Below, piece after piece: positions 54,143-63,999 of a DNA stretch of 64,000 nt (position 1 is the first letter of the stretch; the number at the start of each line of letters is the position of its first letter). The translations under genes and the position numbers were made by a program. The notes beneath the pieces were generated by a model. That model saw only the letters and a program-made list of their open reading frames with translations. It was not told the DNA's origin and ran no database searches. This stretch comes from a virus, in IMG/VR virus record IMGVR_UViG_3300050501_000057; one strand, written 5' to 3'.

Positions 54143-54373
54143 TTACTCTTCTTCGAGAGCGATTGATTTATTCGCCCACATAACAGCTTGTTCAACGTCC
54201 GTCAACGCAAGCGACTTCTCCCGTGAATCGGGACAAAGTTGTCCGATCAGATACGAAAGCTCTTTAGCTTTTTCCCTTAGCTTTTGATAGCGTGGAATCT
54301 GCGTATCGTTAGGACTATGATACGTAAACGTTTTGTCGAAACGCTTACTGTCTATGGTGTACGTGTTTGGCAT
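54143..54373 (-). CDS. Acb2/Tad1-hairpin-like small protein (possible signal-nucleotide sponge)
   Basis: FTYHSP..RY..LRE.AK..LI..CPDSREKSLALT..E.AVMWANKSIA. Confidence 0.6.
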   Translation of the reverse strand: MPNTYTIDSKRFDKTFTYHSPNDTQIPRYQKLREKAKELSYLIGQLCPDSREKSLALTDVEQAVMWANKSIALEEE

Positions 54374-54385
54374 ACCTTATTCCTC

Positions 54386-54790
54386 TTACGCGTGTGAGTC
54401 AGTAATCGCCTGAACAATCAGGGAAGCGCCTGTAACGGCAGCTTGAGTGACAACGCGTATAACCGCAGGAATGAACGCGCACTGCGGTCGGGGGAATATG
54501 ATAATTTTGTTTAGGGTTATTTCCGCAAACGCAACTTTGAACGTGAATGTCACGTATCCGCCTGTCGGTGGATTGTCTGTAGTCGTCAACGAAATATCCG
54601 CCCACACTTGGTCCGCCGCTGGACCGTCTAAACTCCCGCTGACTAATGCTTGAAAGCGAAGGTCAGTCCCTCCACCTCCACCCGCAGCTTGTTTAACGAA
54701 CAAACCAACTAGCTTCTCGTGTCCCAATAGGAACGCGTTGCTAGCAGTCTGACCGTTAACTATCGTCAAGTTATCCCTGAATGCTCGCAT
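54386..54790 (-). CDS. Beta-rich putative virion protein
   Basis: 134 aa, resembles the repeated domain of 55567-56490. Confidence 0.6.
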   Translation of the reverse strand: MRAFRDNLTIVNGQTASNAFLLGHEKLVGLFVKQAAGGGGGTDLRFQALVSGSLDGPAADQVWADISLTTTDNPPTGGYVTFTFKVAFAEITLNKIIIFPRPQCAFIPAVIRVVTQAAVTGASLIVQAITDSHA

Positions 54791-54799
54791 AATGATTAC

Positions 54800-55183
54800 C
54801 TACTTTGTAGTTGGCGTTTCAAGTTCAGCGAAGTACTGAGCTTTTTGACGCTCGAATGTTTCTTTGCTGACGCCGAGCTTTTCAAGCTCTTCAACGATCA
54901 GAGCATTACACCCCGCGATTGCGCCGCGTACTTCGTGAACGGCGATGACCGCTTGCTCGCGCTTCTGATTCCAGAATGTGAGTTGCTGGTCTATCTGCTC
55001 TAAACCTTTGCTCGCGGAGACGAGTCGAGTATCCTGGAACTCCAACGCTTTCTGCTCAACGACAATAAGCGCATAAAGCTCGTTCGGACTGAGTGATTTC
55101 TCCACCGCAAAATCATCGCCAGCTTCCCGGCGTAGTTCCTCTATACTCGGTTGACGAGGCGTCATTTGCGTCATTTGATCCAT
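54800..55183 (-). CDS. Coiled-coil hypothetical protein
   Basis: 127 aa, RBS GAGGT. Confidence 0.7.
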   Translation of the reverse strand: MDQMTQMTPRQPSIEELRREAGDDFAVEKSLSPNELYALIVVEQKALEFQDTRLVSASKGLEQIDQQLTFWNQKREQAVIAVHEVRGAIAGCNALIVEELEKLGVSKETFERQKAQYFAELETPTTK

Positions 55184-55208
55184 TGTTTCCTACCTCAAAA
55201 TTGTTATG

Positions 55209-55252
55209 GATAAAAGTCTCGGTACTTGTGAATAAGTACCGAGACTTTTATC
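55209..55252. repeat. 19-bp perfect inverted repeat (terminator or processing stem)
   Basis: GATAAAAGTCTCGGTACTT-GTGAAT-AAGTACCGAGACTTTTATC. Confidence 0.85.
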
Positions 55253-55258
55253 AAGTTG

Positions 55259-55498
55259 TTACTTCTTCACAACGTCGGTGCGCTGATCCATCTCCGTAAC
55301 ATACGAAGCGATATCCACGTCCATCGCAGCGCGCTCGGCGGCGAGGGTCGGGGTCGTACCGGTGTCGAGAACTTCGCCGACTTCCTCTTTGTAGAGGTCG
55401 CCGAGCAACTGACCGATTGACTTCCACTGCGAAACTGGCGAACCGTCACTTAGGTTCATAACCGCAGTACGAAGCTGAGCAAGTCTTTCCATATCCAT
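55259..55498 (-). CDS. Hypothetical protein
   Basis: 79 aa, in operon context. Confidence 0.65.
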   Translation of the reverse strand: MDMERLAQLRTAVMNLSDGSPVSQWKSIGQLLGDLYKEEVGEVLDTGTTPTLAAERAAMDVDIASYVTEMDQRTDVVKK

Positions 55499-55566
55499 AA
55501 TGCTTTTCTCCGTGAGAAGACGGACGCTCCGAAAAGCGTCCGTCTTCGGTTATGAGGTAATCCTCG

Positions 55567-56490
55567 TTACTGAATGAAGACTCTGACGGTACGCTGCGCC
55601 GCTTGGTTAGCAGACCCGTGAAGTCTGATGAATTTGGGAAGCTCAAGGTACTGCGAAAGTTCAGGTACCGCAAGGTACTGAGCTTGCGCCGCGCCTATCC
55701 ATTGCCAAATAGGAGCGCCAGCGGCAGCGGCGCGCATAGCAACCGCGTTGACAATGTTCAACCAGTTGGCGTCAGTATTGATCACAGGATCAAGACCGGG
55801 TTTAACCGTCTGGAAGTTCAAGTCAGCGGTCGTGAACGCCGCAGGGGTAAGAATACCCACAACTCGCTCGCCGGGAGCTAGCTCAAAGAACGTGCTGTCC
55901 GCGTCACCGTTCAGAAAGATAACATCCACGAAGCGCGGATTATCGTTCTTCTTGAACAACGCCGGTTCAGCAAGCGCGATTTGAAACGTGCAAGCGGCGG
56001 TCGTCTGAGAGTTAGTCAGGTTGACCCGGAGAATATTCGGGAGTCGCGGAGTAGGTTGTTTGTTGATCAAGTACGCGAACGCATTACTCAACGCCTGACC
56101 TTCCGCCTCACCCATCGAGGTAGCGGTAACGTCAGTCGCGGCGTAACTCTTGATCGGATTTTGCGGATTCGGGAACAGATAGAAGTTCTGATCCGAACCA
56201 GCAACGTCGAAAATACCCGTGAGGATATTGAACGCCGGTCGAGTGTTTTCCGCCGCCGCCGCGCCCGCCGCATCGGTCGCGCGTGCGCCTACGCTCGGTT
56301 CGAGAACAGGTACCCACGCTGCCGCAGGATTCAGAAAGTCTTGCTGAAAACCGGGAGTCTCAAGAGCAAACTCCGTGGTACCGTCGAAGACCGCGAGTGT
56401 TTTAGTCAGTCCAATAATCGGGAGTCCTTCCGTGTCGAAAAAACCCGACCTTGACGCCGACTGTGCAACTGTAACAGGTTTAAATTTCAT
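55567..56490 (-). CDS. Putative virion protein with two similar beta domains
   Basis: 307 aa; the pattern F....IIGL/VVGI..AxF..F..W..LP..R occurs twice. Confidence 0.65.
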   Translation of the reverse strand: MKFKPVTVAQSASRSGFFDTEGLPIIGLTKTLAVFDGTTEFALETPGFQQDFLNPAAAWVPVLEPSVGARATDAAGAAAAENTRPAFNILTGIFDVAGSDQNFYLFPNPQNPIKSYAATDVTATSMGEAEGQALSNAFAYLINKQPTPRLPNILRVNLTNSQTTAACTFQIALAEPALFKKNDNPRFVDVIFLNGDADSTFFELAPGERVVGILTPAAFTTADLNFQTVKPGLDPVINTDANWLNIVNAVAMRAAAAGAPIWQWIGAAQAQYLAVPELSQYLELPKFIRLHGSANQAAQRTVRVFIQ

Positions 56491-56614
56491 TGGTGGTCCT
56501 TCTCTTTCTCCCTTCCGGGAAGAAGTTACGTGAAAGTTAGTATTACTAACTTCCCTAGTTTCTGGTTAAAGTGACGATGTAATTTTCTGATACCTCAGAT
56601 ACTTAGTCAAGTCA

Positions 56615-57220
56615 CTACATCATAGTTATCAAATGAGGGGTACTGGTCACTACTTCTATAAGTATGTTTGACACAGTTACGGCGGTGCTTGCATTTGCGC
56701 TAGCTCCGCTAAACTCTCCGCCGCCAGCGTCCGTAAATGCACGGTTTTTTTCTCTTAACAATACTTGAGTAAGGTCTTGACTGAGACTGAGAGATATACT
56801 TTCAGAACCACTAGGACCGTCACTGAAAGGACTGTTGATATTGTTACAACCGTTAGTAGTAAGTACAACAGTACTCCAAGCACCGCCGTTATTAACTGAA
56901 TATTCCATCAATAACTCTACGTCTGAATCTGCGCTTCCTCCGTCTCCTGAGTCTGCGCTTGCGCTCCCGCTTCTTGTTGTACTCCAATCGAATTTCAACT
57001 TAACTGATTTTCTAGTACCGCCAGGACCGGTAGGAAAACCTCCCCATCTTCCACTTCGTATTTGACTATCGGCGTCACTACCGAAACCTGAAGAAGCAAA
57101 TGAACTACAACTAGCAGTAGAACTAGAATGTCCAGTGACGCCAATACCACTTATCGCCAGACCCCCATATCCGGGGTCTGGCGATGTCGTAGTTGTAGCT
57201 TGTACGTTTATTGTTCCCAT
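56615..57220 (-). CDS. Ser/Gly-rich tail-associated protein
   Basis: EYSVNNGGAWSTV motif; follows the fibre gene. Confidence 0.6.
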   Translation of the reverse strand: MGTINVQATTTTSPDPGYGGLAISGIGVTGHSSSTASCSSFASSGFGSDADSQIRSGRWGGFPTGPGGTRKSVKLKFDWSTTRSGSASADSGDGGSADSDVELLMEYSVNNGGAWSTVVLTTNGCNNINSPFSDGPSGSESISLSLSQDLTQVLLREKNRAFTDAGGGEFSGASANASTAVTVSNILIEVVTSTPHLITMM

Positions 57221-57223
57221 TGA

Positions 57224-59851
57224 TTACCCCATTTTCTGGAATCCTTCGAGAATGATATTTACGTCTCTTTCAGTAATAGTACCGGTCTTAGTCTTCAGAT
57301 AAACAGATATTGCGCTGCTTTCTGATAAAGAAGAGTCGGAAAAATCATTCGTATAGAAGGTGAAGATGGTGTTGTTCGTGTTATTCAAGTGAATAGACGC
57401 CACATCTCCAAATCCGTTCTGGAACATAAACTCAATGTCGCCGCCACTCGTATGACTTCCGCTCATAAAGATGGCGTGTATCTTTGTCATAAAAGCGCCG
57501 GTAAGATGTGGAACTCTGGTCACTGGCAACACAGCGGAAGTTCCAGTTGCCATCGTGGATGGATCATCCACCTTGTACGTCATAACAAAGTAAGTAACTC
57601 TGTCATCAACATACTGTTTGCGAGCGTACTGGTTAGCGGTCGTACAACTCGACGCAGGACCAACCGGAATCTGACCAAATGTATATACGCCTGACGTATT
57701 CGTCAAAACCAAATCGCTCTGACCGTTACGACCTATGTTGGTAGCGCCGCCATTGAAGTTGATAATGAAATCTGTACCAGAACCGCTGACGGTATCGCTC
57801 AGAACTATGGCGGGAGAATCTTTCGCCATTACGATGTTGGCAAAGACATTGATAGTTCCTAAAGGATCAATGTTCATTCGCTCAACTTCGTTACCGGTCA
57901 TAAACCGGATCTTCCCCTGGTTTCCAGTAGGAGTAGTGATATTACCGGCAACCATCAATATCGTACCTTTCTGGTCAGACGCAAAACCAGAAAAGTTATT
58001 ACCACGCGCAAAGAAGTAAGGACCGTCTGTAGCGGTTGAAGAACCAACGCCGCCAACGAAGAATCCAAATGAGTGATCCACAGCACCCGACGACGTACTC
58101 TTTACGAAGATCACATTATCCAGCGCGTTAGCGCCAACGTTGAACAATATATTCTTTGTAAACTCGTTAATACCCGTACCTTTCGGACTGTATCTCATCG
58201 AGATATTCGCATCATCTCCCGTAGGCGCGACTACAATCGGCGTATTGGTCGCCGAGTTCGAGAAATTGAATTGATTAACCGCTGAAGCTACAGAGGTAAT
58301 TGTGATTACCTCATTACCGTTCGCGTCGTTAAGTGACCAAGTGTTCGGAACGGTAAAAGCTCCCGTCGTGTCCGCGACCACTATCGCCGAATCAGTAATG
58401 AGCTTACCGGTAGTACCGTTAAATCGAGCGAGCTTGTTATCTACGACAGTACCAATGTCGCTACTGACATCACCTCCCGAGCTAGGATTGACCCATTCAA
58501 GAGTCGCTACACCGCCAGAGAAAGTCACAGTTCTTAAAAGCTGACCGTTCGCTGGATCAGTGGCGGGGAGCTTATAAGTTATGTTAGACGCGGGAGTATC
58601 TGCGCCTTCTATTGTTTGAGTATTCGCGTTGTTTAGAACTGCAAACGTCAGTTTACCTTTAACAGTAGACGCAAGACCGAATGTCGCAACGGCGTCGTGA
58701 TTGAAGCTGAACCTCAAAGACGTTCCCTTACTCAAAGTAGCTATCGGTTGAGTCGCGCTAGCTGTGCTCTCCACGACAAGACCGATTCTTCCGTTAGCTC
58801 CCGAAACTATATGTAACTGTCCGCCTATCGAGGCAGATTTATTGATACCCACGCCGGATGTAGTAAAGGTGATCTCTTTAGTAGCAGAACTCGCACCCGC
58901 TCCCGCAGCGTTGATGCCGAGGTGGTAAGCTGAAGACGCTTTGAATAAATAACCGAAATCGGGATTGGTACCGTCAGAAAAACCGACACCACCCGCAGAG
59001 TCGAAGATTGTATTCGACTGCAATACGTTACTGTTATCGTATGCGCTATACTGCAATCCGAGAGCGCCGTCTCTGACAAACTCCACCCATCGTCTTGTCG
59101 CGGCGTCATTGATTATCGCTCGACTCCATATACCCGTTTGATCAGTCAGATGAGTAGATAGCAGCGCGGGAGAACCGCCAACCTTGACGTTGGCGTTCCC
59201 CGCGCCTTCAGCGATACGAAACGCATTGAATGACGTAGGAGTAGGCGGTAATAGATTCAACGCCGCTACAGCATTGTCTACGGTCTGCCAAGTGAAACCG
59301 ACAGCGCCGTCAATAGTAATTGGACCTGACCAAACAGCTATGCGACCCGGTGACTTGTTAGGACCGCCGCTTATAGCTCCGCCGCCGATCAACTCAAGTA
59401 TTTGTTCGGTAGAGAAGGTTGTGCGATCAATCGGTACAGGAGCAGCGGGAAAGTTATAGCGAATGATCTCTTTCCACGGAACCGGATTAAACACATCAAT
59501 GATATGCTTCGGAAGTTGAAAGTTCTGAAGCAGATCAAGAGGTTTGATATCGCTCCCGCTCTTTGTAACAAACTTCGCCGAGTATCTGACGGTACGGTTT
59601 ACAATCGCATCGGTCGTTGAGAATAACCACAACGCCGGGATAGTAATCGTCTTGACTGTCAGACCGTCCACTACCGCAGTTCCGACTGTACAATCAACTT
59701 CACGAAACACCTTCGGCGCTCCGTCAACTTCGACTCCTGAGTCGTCATTATCTCGCGCCAGAAATGAATCATTCGCCGTGACTCGGAATCTTACGTTAGT
59801 CGTCGGACCTTGCCAGTCGTAAATTGTCCAAGCTTGAATTGGTATTCTCAT
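57224..59851 (-). CDS. Tail fibre / receptor-binding protein
   Basis: 875 aa, G/S/T-rich; YKLPATD..GQLLRT..LEWV, DNKLARFNGTTGKLI, ERMNI and ARKQYVD fibre-type motifs. Confidence 0.8.
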   Translation of the reverse strand: MRIPIQAWTIYDWQGPTTNVRFRVTANDSFLARDNDDSGVEVDGAPKVFREVDCTVGTAVVDGLTVKTITIPALWLFSTTDAIVNRTVRYSAKFVTKSGSDIKPLDLLQNFQLPKHIIDVFNPVPWKEIIRYNFPAAPVPIDRTTFSTEQILELIGGGAISGGPNKSPGRIAVWSGPITIDGAVGFTWQTVDNAVAALNLLPPTPTSFNAFRIAEGAGNANVKVGGSPALLSTHLTDQTGIWSRAIINDAATRRWVEFVRDGALGLQYSAYDNSNVLQSNTIFDSAGGVGFSDGTNPDFGYLFKASSAYHLGINAAGAGASSATKEITFTTSGVGINKSASIGGQLHIVSGANGRIGLVVESTASATQPIATLSKGTSLRFSFNHDAVATFGLASTVKGKLTFAVLNNANTQTIEGADTPASNITYKLPATDPANGQLLRTVTFSGGVATLEWVNPSSGGDVSSDIGTVVDNKLARFNGTTGKLITDSAIVVADTTGAFTVPNTWSLNDANGNEVITITSVASAVNQFNFSNSATNTPIVVAPTGDDANISMRYSPKGTGINEFTKNILFNVGANALDNVIFVKSTSSGAVDHSFGFFVGGVGSSTATDGPYFFARGNNFSGFASDQKGTILMVAGNITTPTGNQGKIRFMTGNEVERMNIDPLGTINVFANIVMAKDSPAIVLSDTVSGSGTDFIINFNGGATNIGRNGQSDLVLTNTSGVYTFGQIPVGPASSCTTANQYARKQYVDDRVTYFVMTYKVDDPSTMATGTSAVLPVTRVPHLTGAFMTKIHAIFMSGSHTSGGDIEFMFQNGFGDVASIHLNNTNNTIFTFYTNDFSDSSLSESSAISVYLKTKTGTITERDVNIILEGFQKMG

Positions 59852-59861
59852 CGGTTATTAC

Positions 59862-60524
59862 CTATTTACCCGGTTTACCCAAGTACGAACCTAGCACACT
59901 CGCTCCGCCTGCTACTGCTCCGCCGAGTAATTGCTGACCGAATGTTCTGTGCTGTTTCTCGAATTGGTAACGCTGCCAAGCGGTATTACTGATATCCGCA
60001 TTTTGGTTGACCGCGCTTGACGCTAACCCGGCGTTCTGAAAAAGAAAGTTCACCAAACTTGATCTCGCTCCCAGGTCCATATTTGACACTGCGCCGATTC
60101 TACCTACCGCTTGGTCTTCGGCGTCAGACGCGAGCGCCGACACGCCTGAAGCGGTGTCGCGCGCACGCTCGCTTTTTAGTCGCTGAGAGTTCATAGCTAT
60201 CAGATTTGGATTCGCAACATCTGTCGCTAAAGCAGCGCTACCGGTCGCGGACATCTTGTCCGCCGTTTCATTCGCTCGCGCGTTATTGTTCAAGAAGTTG
60301 CTTATGAGCGGAACGTCTGTGAGTCTTCCCTCCCGCAGAGCAGTGTAATCCTTCCCGCTCTGTGTCAAAACATTCTGAGCTTCGGGAGTTATCTGGATTT
60401 TTTCTTCCGCCTTCTTCGTCGCATCTAGTCGCGCTGATTCCGCCGCAGCTTGCGCTTGTCGCGTTTGCTGCTCTGCCATTTGCGCTCTCTGCTCAGCTTC
60501 TCTCGTCTTCTTTGAATTACTCAT
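59862..60524 (-). CDS. Putative small ejection/pilot protein
   Basis: Ala/Gln-rich helical with a C-terminal GGAVAGGA glycine zipper. Confidence 0.55.
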   Translation of the reverse strand: MSNSKKTREAEQRAQMAEQQTRQAQAAAESARLDATKKAEEKIQITPEAQNVLTQSGKDYTALREGRLTDVPLISNFLNNNARANETADKMSATGSAALATDVANPNLIAMNSQRLKSERARDTASGVSALASDAEDQAVGRIGAVSNMDLGARSSLVNFLFQNAGLASSAVNQNADISNTAWQRYQFEKQHRTFGQQLLGGAVAGGASVLGSYLGKPGK

Positions 60525-60529
60525 CGTTT

Positions 60530-62239
60530 TTACTCCAACAGCGGTTTCAAGTTGTGACTCACAAATCCCGCAGCTACATAAGTGTGAGTACCTTCGAGTG
60601 TAAATGTGATTACCGGTTCGTCCTGCGCTTCTATTACTTCTATCGCTTGTATGTTGTCAAAGCACATTCCGTACTTCTCGTGCATTCCCATTACCTGATC
60701 TCCGACCTTCAGCTTGAACGCCGGTGTACCTTCATCGTCACCTACCTTGCAAATAATTCTATGAGTTGGGGAGCACCAAAGCTCCCGACCGTGCTCTGTG
60801 ATAAGAACTCTCCATTGAGAGGTCGTACCGCGCACTATGTTTGTTACTCTCGACAGATGACCGTTACCATTCAGAATGTAATCGTCTATCTGAATGTCTC
60901 TTGCTTCCTTCCACACCTGATCAGCGATCAGTATCGGTGTGTTAGGTTTCACGCATAGCGGTCTGTCTCCCCCGCCGCGAGGCGGCGGAATATTTCCTCC
61001 GTCTCCATTGTCGCCGCCCGGTGGAGGAACGGGCGGCGGAGCAGTAGCTTGAACTGTCGCATTTGCCGCCAAGTCCTTTGCGGAGTAACAGAACCTACCA
61101 TTAGTGTACCCCAAAGCAACTTTGTCTATCAATAACGCGTCATCGGGAAGTGTTACCGAATTCAGGTTTTCGTCTACCATATCAAATCTCAACCATTGCT
61201 TGTTAGTAGTAGCAGAGTAATTATAGGTAGTCGGTACGAAGATATGAAATATCGCATCCTGATAATTTAGATTACCGTTGACGTACTTACCGAAATTTAC
61301 GAATAAAGCTTGAGCGCGAGGAAGTATATTTGCTCCCGGAGGATTGAATAATACGCCGGTTCTACCTCCCACGTCTTTGAATGAAGTAGCGCCATTAACT
61401 ATATCAGCGATTAACCGCCATTCGTTAAACTCTGTTTCGTGTCGGTAAAGTCTGTACCTCGCTGCTTCTGGAAATGTTTGCCAAGAAATAGTGACGAAAT
61501 TTACGTTGTCTATATTCGTGACGCTGACCTGATTCGTGACTTGAGAAGGCGTGAGTACATCGCTATAGAAAAAGTCCATAGCAGTGTCTACGCGCAGAAT
61601 GTATTTTCTCGTGAATGATCCGGGAGAACCTACAGCGGCGGTGACAGTCAGATCGAAGACAGCGCCTTCTATGATTTTCTGTTGACCTGATGTGTTGTCC
61701 CATATCGCAGCGCGCAGTCTCCAAGCATTCGGTATTGAGATACCGCCAGAACTTTTCTTTACTTGAAAGCGGCAAAACAAACTTGACGCCGGGAAAGCTA
61801 TGTTTTTAGGTAACGGCGCCGCTATTGCTGCTTTGATTGACATTACCAATTCGCCGGTTGTCTTGTTCCAATATGCGTCTCGTGCGGTGTCTGTAGAGAT
61901 GTAATCTGTTCCCGCAGAACCTCCCGTGTATTCTGTGTATTGAGAAGTACTGTCGTTAGCTCTGTTGTACCATCTAGCAACAACTAAATCGTCATTAGCG
62001 AATGCGGTAGCGTCATATTGTTCGGCGTTAAATGTAAAATCTCCATTATCAACATAGTTCACAACCGGGGGAGTGTTTTGAAAAATCTGTTTAGTCAGAT
62101 CGGTGACTTGAGCGTCTAGCTTTTCTTCTAGCGCCTTATTCTTTTCACCTAAAGCGCGTACTTGCTCCCGCAAGGTATCCATATCGCGCATCATTTGTTG
62201 GTTATCTTCTTCTCTTAACACTTTCCACCCTTCGCCCAT
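60530..62239 (-). CDS. Tail-associated protein with C-terminal Hint (intein-like) domain
   Basis: Pro/Gly linker then CVKPNTPI..SPTHRI..LKVGD..THTYVAAGFVSHN; Hint at 60551-60955. Confidence 0.85.
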   Translation of the reverse strand: MGEGWKVLREEDNQQMMRDMDTLREQVRALGEKNKALEEKLDAQVTDLTKQIFQNTPPVVNYVDNGDFTFNAEQYDATAFANDDLVVARWYNRANDSTSQYTEYTGGSAGTDYISTDTARDAYWNKTTGELVMSIKAAIAAPLPKNIAFPASSLFCRFQVKKSSGGISIPNAWRLRAAIWDNTSGQQKIIEGAVFDLTVTAAVGSPGSFTRKYILRVDTAMDFFYSDVLTPSQVTNQVSVTNIDNVNFVTISWQTFPEAARYRLYRHETEFNEWRLIADIVNGATSFKDVGGRTGVLFNPPGANILPRAQALFVNFGKYVNGNLNYQDAIFHIFVPTTYNYSATTNKQWLRFDMVDENLNSVTLPDDALLIDKVALGYTNGRFCYSAKDLAANATVQATAPPPVPPPGGDNGDGGNIPPPRGGGDRPLCVKPNTPILIADQVWKEARDIQIDDYILNGNGHLSRVTNIVRGTTSQWRVLITEHGRELWCSPTHRIICKVGDDEGTPAFKLKVGDQVMGMHEKYGMCFDNIQAIEVIEAQDEPVITFTLEGTHTYVAAGFVSHNLKPLLE

Positions 62240-62442
62240 ATCGGAAGTTTACCGGTGAACTTCAAAAACAATTGATTGATAAGCTCTTTATCCTGGTTGA
62301 AGAAATCCCTCAAGTCGAAAGGATTATGTACAACCGTAGGTTCTCCATTCTCCATTATCAATGACGGTTCACAAGGACAGTTTCTTGTGAAGACGTGTGG
62401 TTTACTATCTTCCAAAGGATAGGTGTGCATATTGTTGTCCAT
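62215..62442 (-). CDS. Small His/Cys-containing protein
   Basis: H.YP.ED..PH...CPCEP..VVHN.FD.R. Confidence 0.65.
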   Translation of the reverse strand: MDNNMHTYPLEDSKPHVFTRNCPCEPSLIMENGEPTVVHNPFDLRDFFNQDKELINQLFLKFTGKLPIWAKGGKC

Positions 62443-62445
62443 ATC

Positions 62446-63999
62446 TCACACTCCAAAGTTAGCTTTAAAACCAGTGGTGAAACCTTCCACCTGAATGAAG
62501 TAAATTTTAGCTCGACTCGAAGTACCCGCCAACTCGGTACTGATTAACTCTCCTTCTCCGTGGTTCAAGTCAACGATATTGCTGATATGATCTCCCGCAG
62601 GACTCGTAGGCGTGAAGTTCTTATCCGGTCCCATCTGCGCCGACAGTTTGTAGTTGCGGAAGAATCGCAACGTATGCGTGGTGGTATTAGTCTTCAAACC
62701 GACGAGTGCTTTAGTCAAAGTCTTCGGGAAAAGGTCTTGACCATAATCTGTGAATGCAAACCTCGCTTTCCAATCGGAGTTAAAAGTTAGATCAACGTTG
62801 CTAGTGTCTCTGTCAAACGTGTACATACCAAATCCGCCGACAGTAGAGCTAACGCTGACTACCGCAGTAGAAACGGCGGGGAACACTGTAATGACATCTC
62901 CGCCGCCGTTGACCGTGAGAATGTATCCTGTGTAAGTACCCGCTCCCGGTCCTGCTCCCGGTATGATTATAGTGTTGTTTACATCAGCTTGAGTGAAATG
63001 ACCGGAACCGCCGAATACCGTTGTTCCAGGCGACGCGGACACGGTTTCACTTCTACTCGATACAAATGTACTGACGTGAATAACACCGCCAAGAGTAAAT
63101 GCGCTTATGATGTCGCCATTCGCCTTACCTATTTGTTCTATCGCCGCAAGGTTCACCGGGGGAGTCCAGTAATCTTGCGCCGGGTAGTACAACAGCATTT
63201 GCGTACCGTGACAGTAAGCGATGTAGCTCTTCGATTCATCGAAGCTCAAAGACACATTCAACGGATTCCAGGTCTTTGTCAGAGCTTCAACTCTATCGCC
63301 GAAGTTTGTGTCTATTACACCATTCCCCAATATGCGAGCGGGTTTCTTCGACTTGGTGAAAAGATAAATATCTTCTCCCGCCTGACACATTCCACGCTGA
63401 CCCGCTGCGCCTACTTGGTTAGCTACAGCGCGCACAGCAATCGGACTTGTAATTATTCCGCTCCATCTCAATTCGTGTACGCTGTTCTCGCACACGACAT
63501 AAAGAAAACCGTCCTGTGGGCGGGAGAGAACGCCCACAGGCGCTTCCGGTAGGTTCTGCCTGAGTTCAGGCGGGTACGCTTCCGGGAAGTTCGGACTGGA
63601 TACCGCAATTCCTAAACCTTCCTCCGTTCCTATCAAGATCATTACGTTACCGAGTCCGGCGATGAAACTAGCAGTAATCGCCGGAGGAAACGCATCAATA
63701 GGCGGAGAAATCGGAATGAGTTCATTGTCGAACCATTCAATATTTATTTGGCGCTCTGCGGTGATAAAAGAATCTATAGACCAGTTATGAGTAGTGTTGG
63801 TCAGTGCGCCGCTGTACGCCGGGGAGAAAGTTACCTTATCTCCATAAGTGACTCCCTTAACAGTAAACAAGTTTGTAGTAACCGAAACAATAGTTGCGGT
63901 ATGAAGTATCACGTTCGACACGTCGCGGAATATCAAACGCTTACCTACTTGTTCAGTACTGAAAAATCCTGTAACAGTTGGATTCAGTCGAAATATATT
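62446..63999 (-). CDS. Tail tubular/nozzle-like protein (5' end outside window)
   Basis: Frame is open to the window end; beta-propeller-like segments typical of podoviral nozzle or stabilisation proteins. Confidence 0.6.
   Translation of the reverse strand, partial: NIFRLNPTVTGFFSTEQVGKRLIFRDVSNVILHTATIVSVTTNLFTVKGVTYGDKVTFSPAYSGALTNTTHNWSIDSFITAERQINIEWFDNELIPISPPIDAFPPAITASFIAGLGNVMILIGTEEGLGIAVSSPNFPEAYPPELRQNLPEAPVGVLSRPQDGFLYVVCENSVHELRWSGIITSPIAVRAVANQVGAAGQRGMCQAGEDIYLFTKSKKPARILGNGVIDTNFGDRVEALTKTWNPLNVSLSFDESKSYIAYCHGTQMLLYYPAQDYWTPPVNLAAIEQIGKANGDIISAFTLGGVIHVSTFVSSRSETVSASPGTTVFGGSGHFTQADVNNTIIIPGAGPGAGTYTGYILTVNGGGDVITVFPAVSTAVVSVSSTVGGFGMYTFDRDTSNVDLTFNSDWKARFAFTDYGQDLFPKTLTKALVGLKTNTTTHTLRFFRNYKLSAQMGPDKNFTPTSPAGDHISNIVDLNHGEGELISTELAGTSSRAKIYFIQVEGFTTGFKANFGV

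Noticed and set aside
57224..59851. Diversity-generating retroelement target
   Set aside because: No reverse transcriptase and no template/variable repeat pair found in the window.
60551..60955. Canonical splicing intein or homing element
   Set aside because: The +1 residue is Leu, only six residues follow and there is no endonuclease domain.
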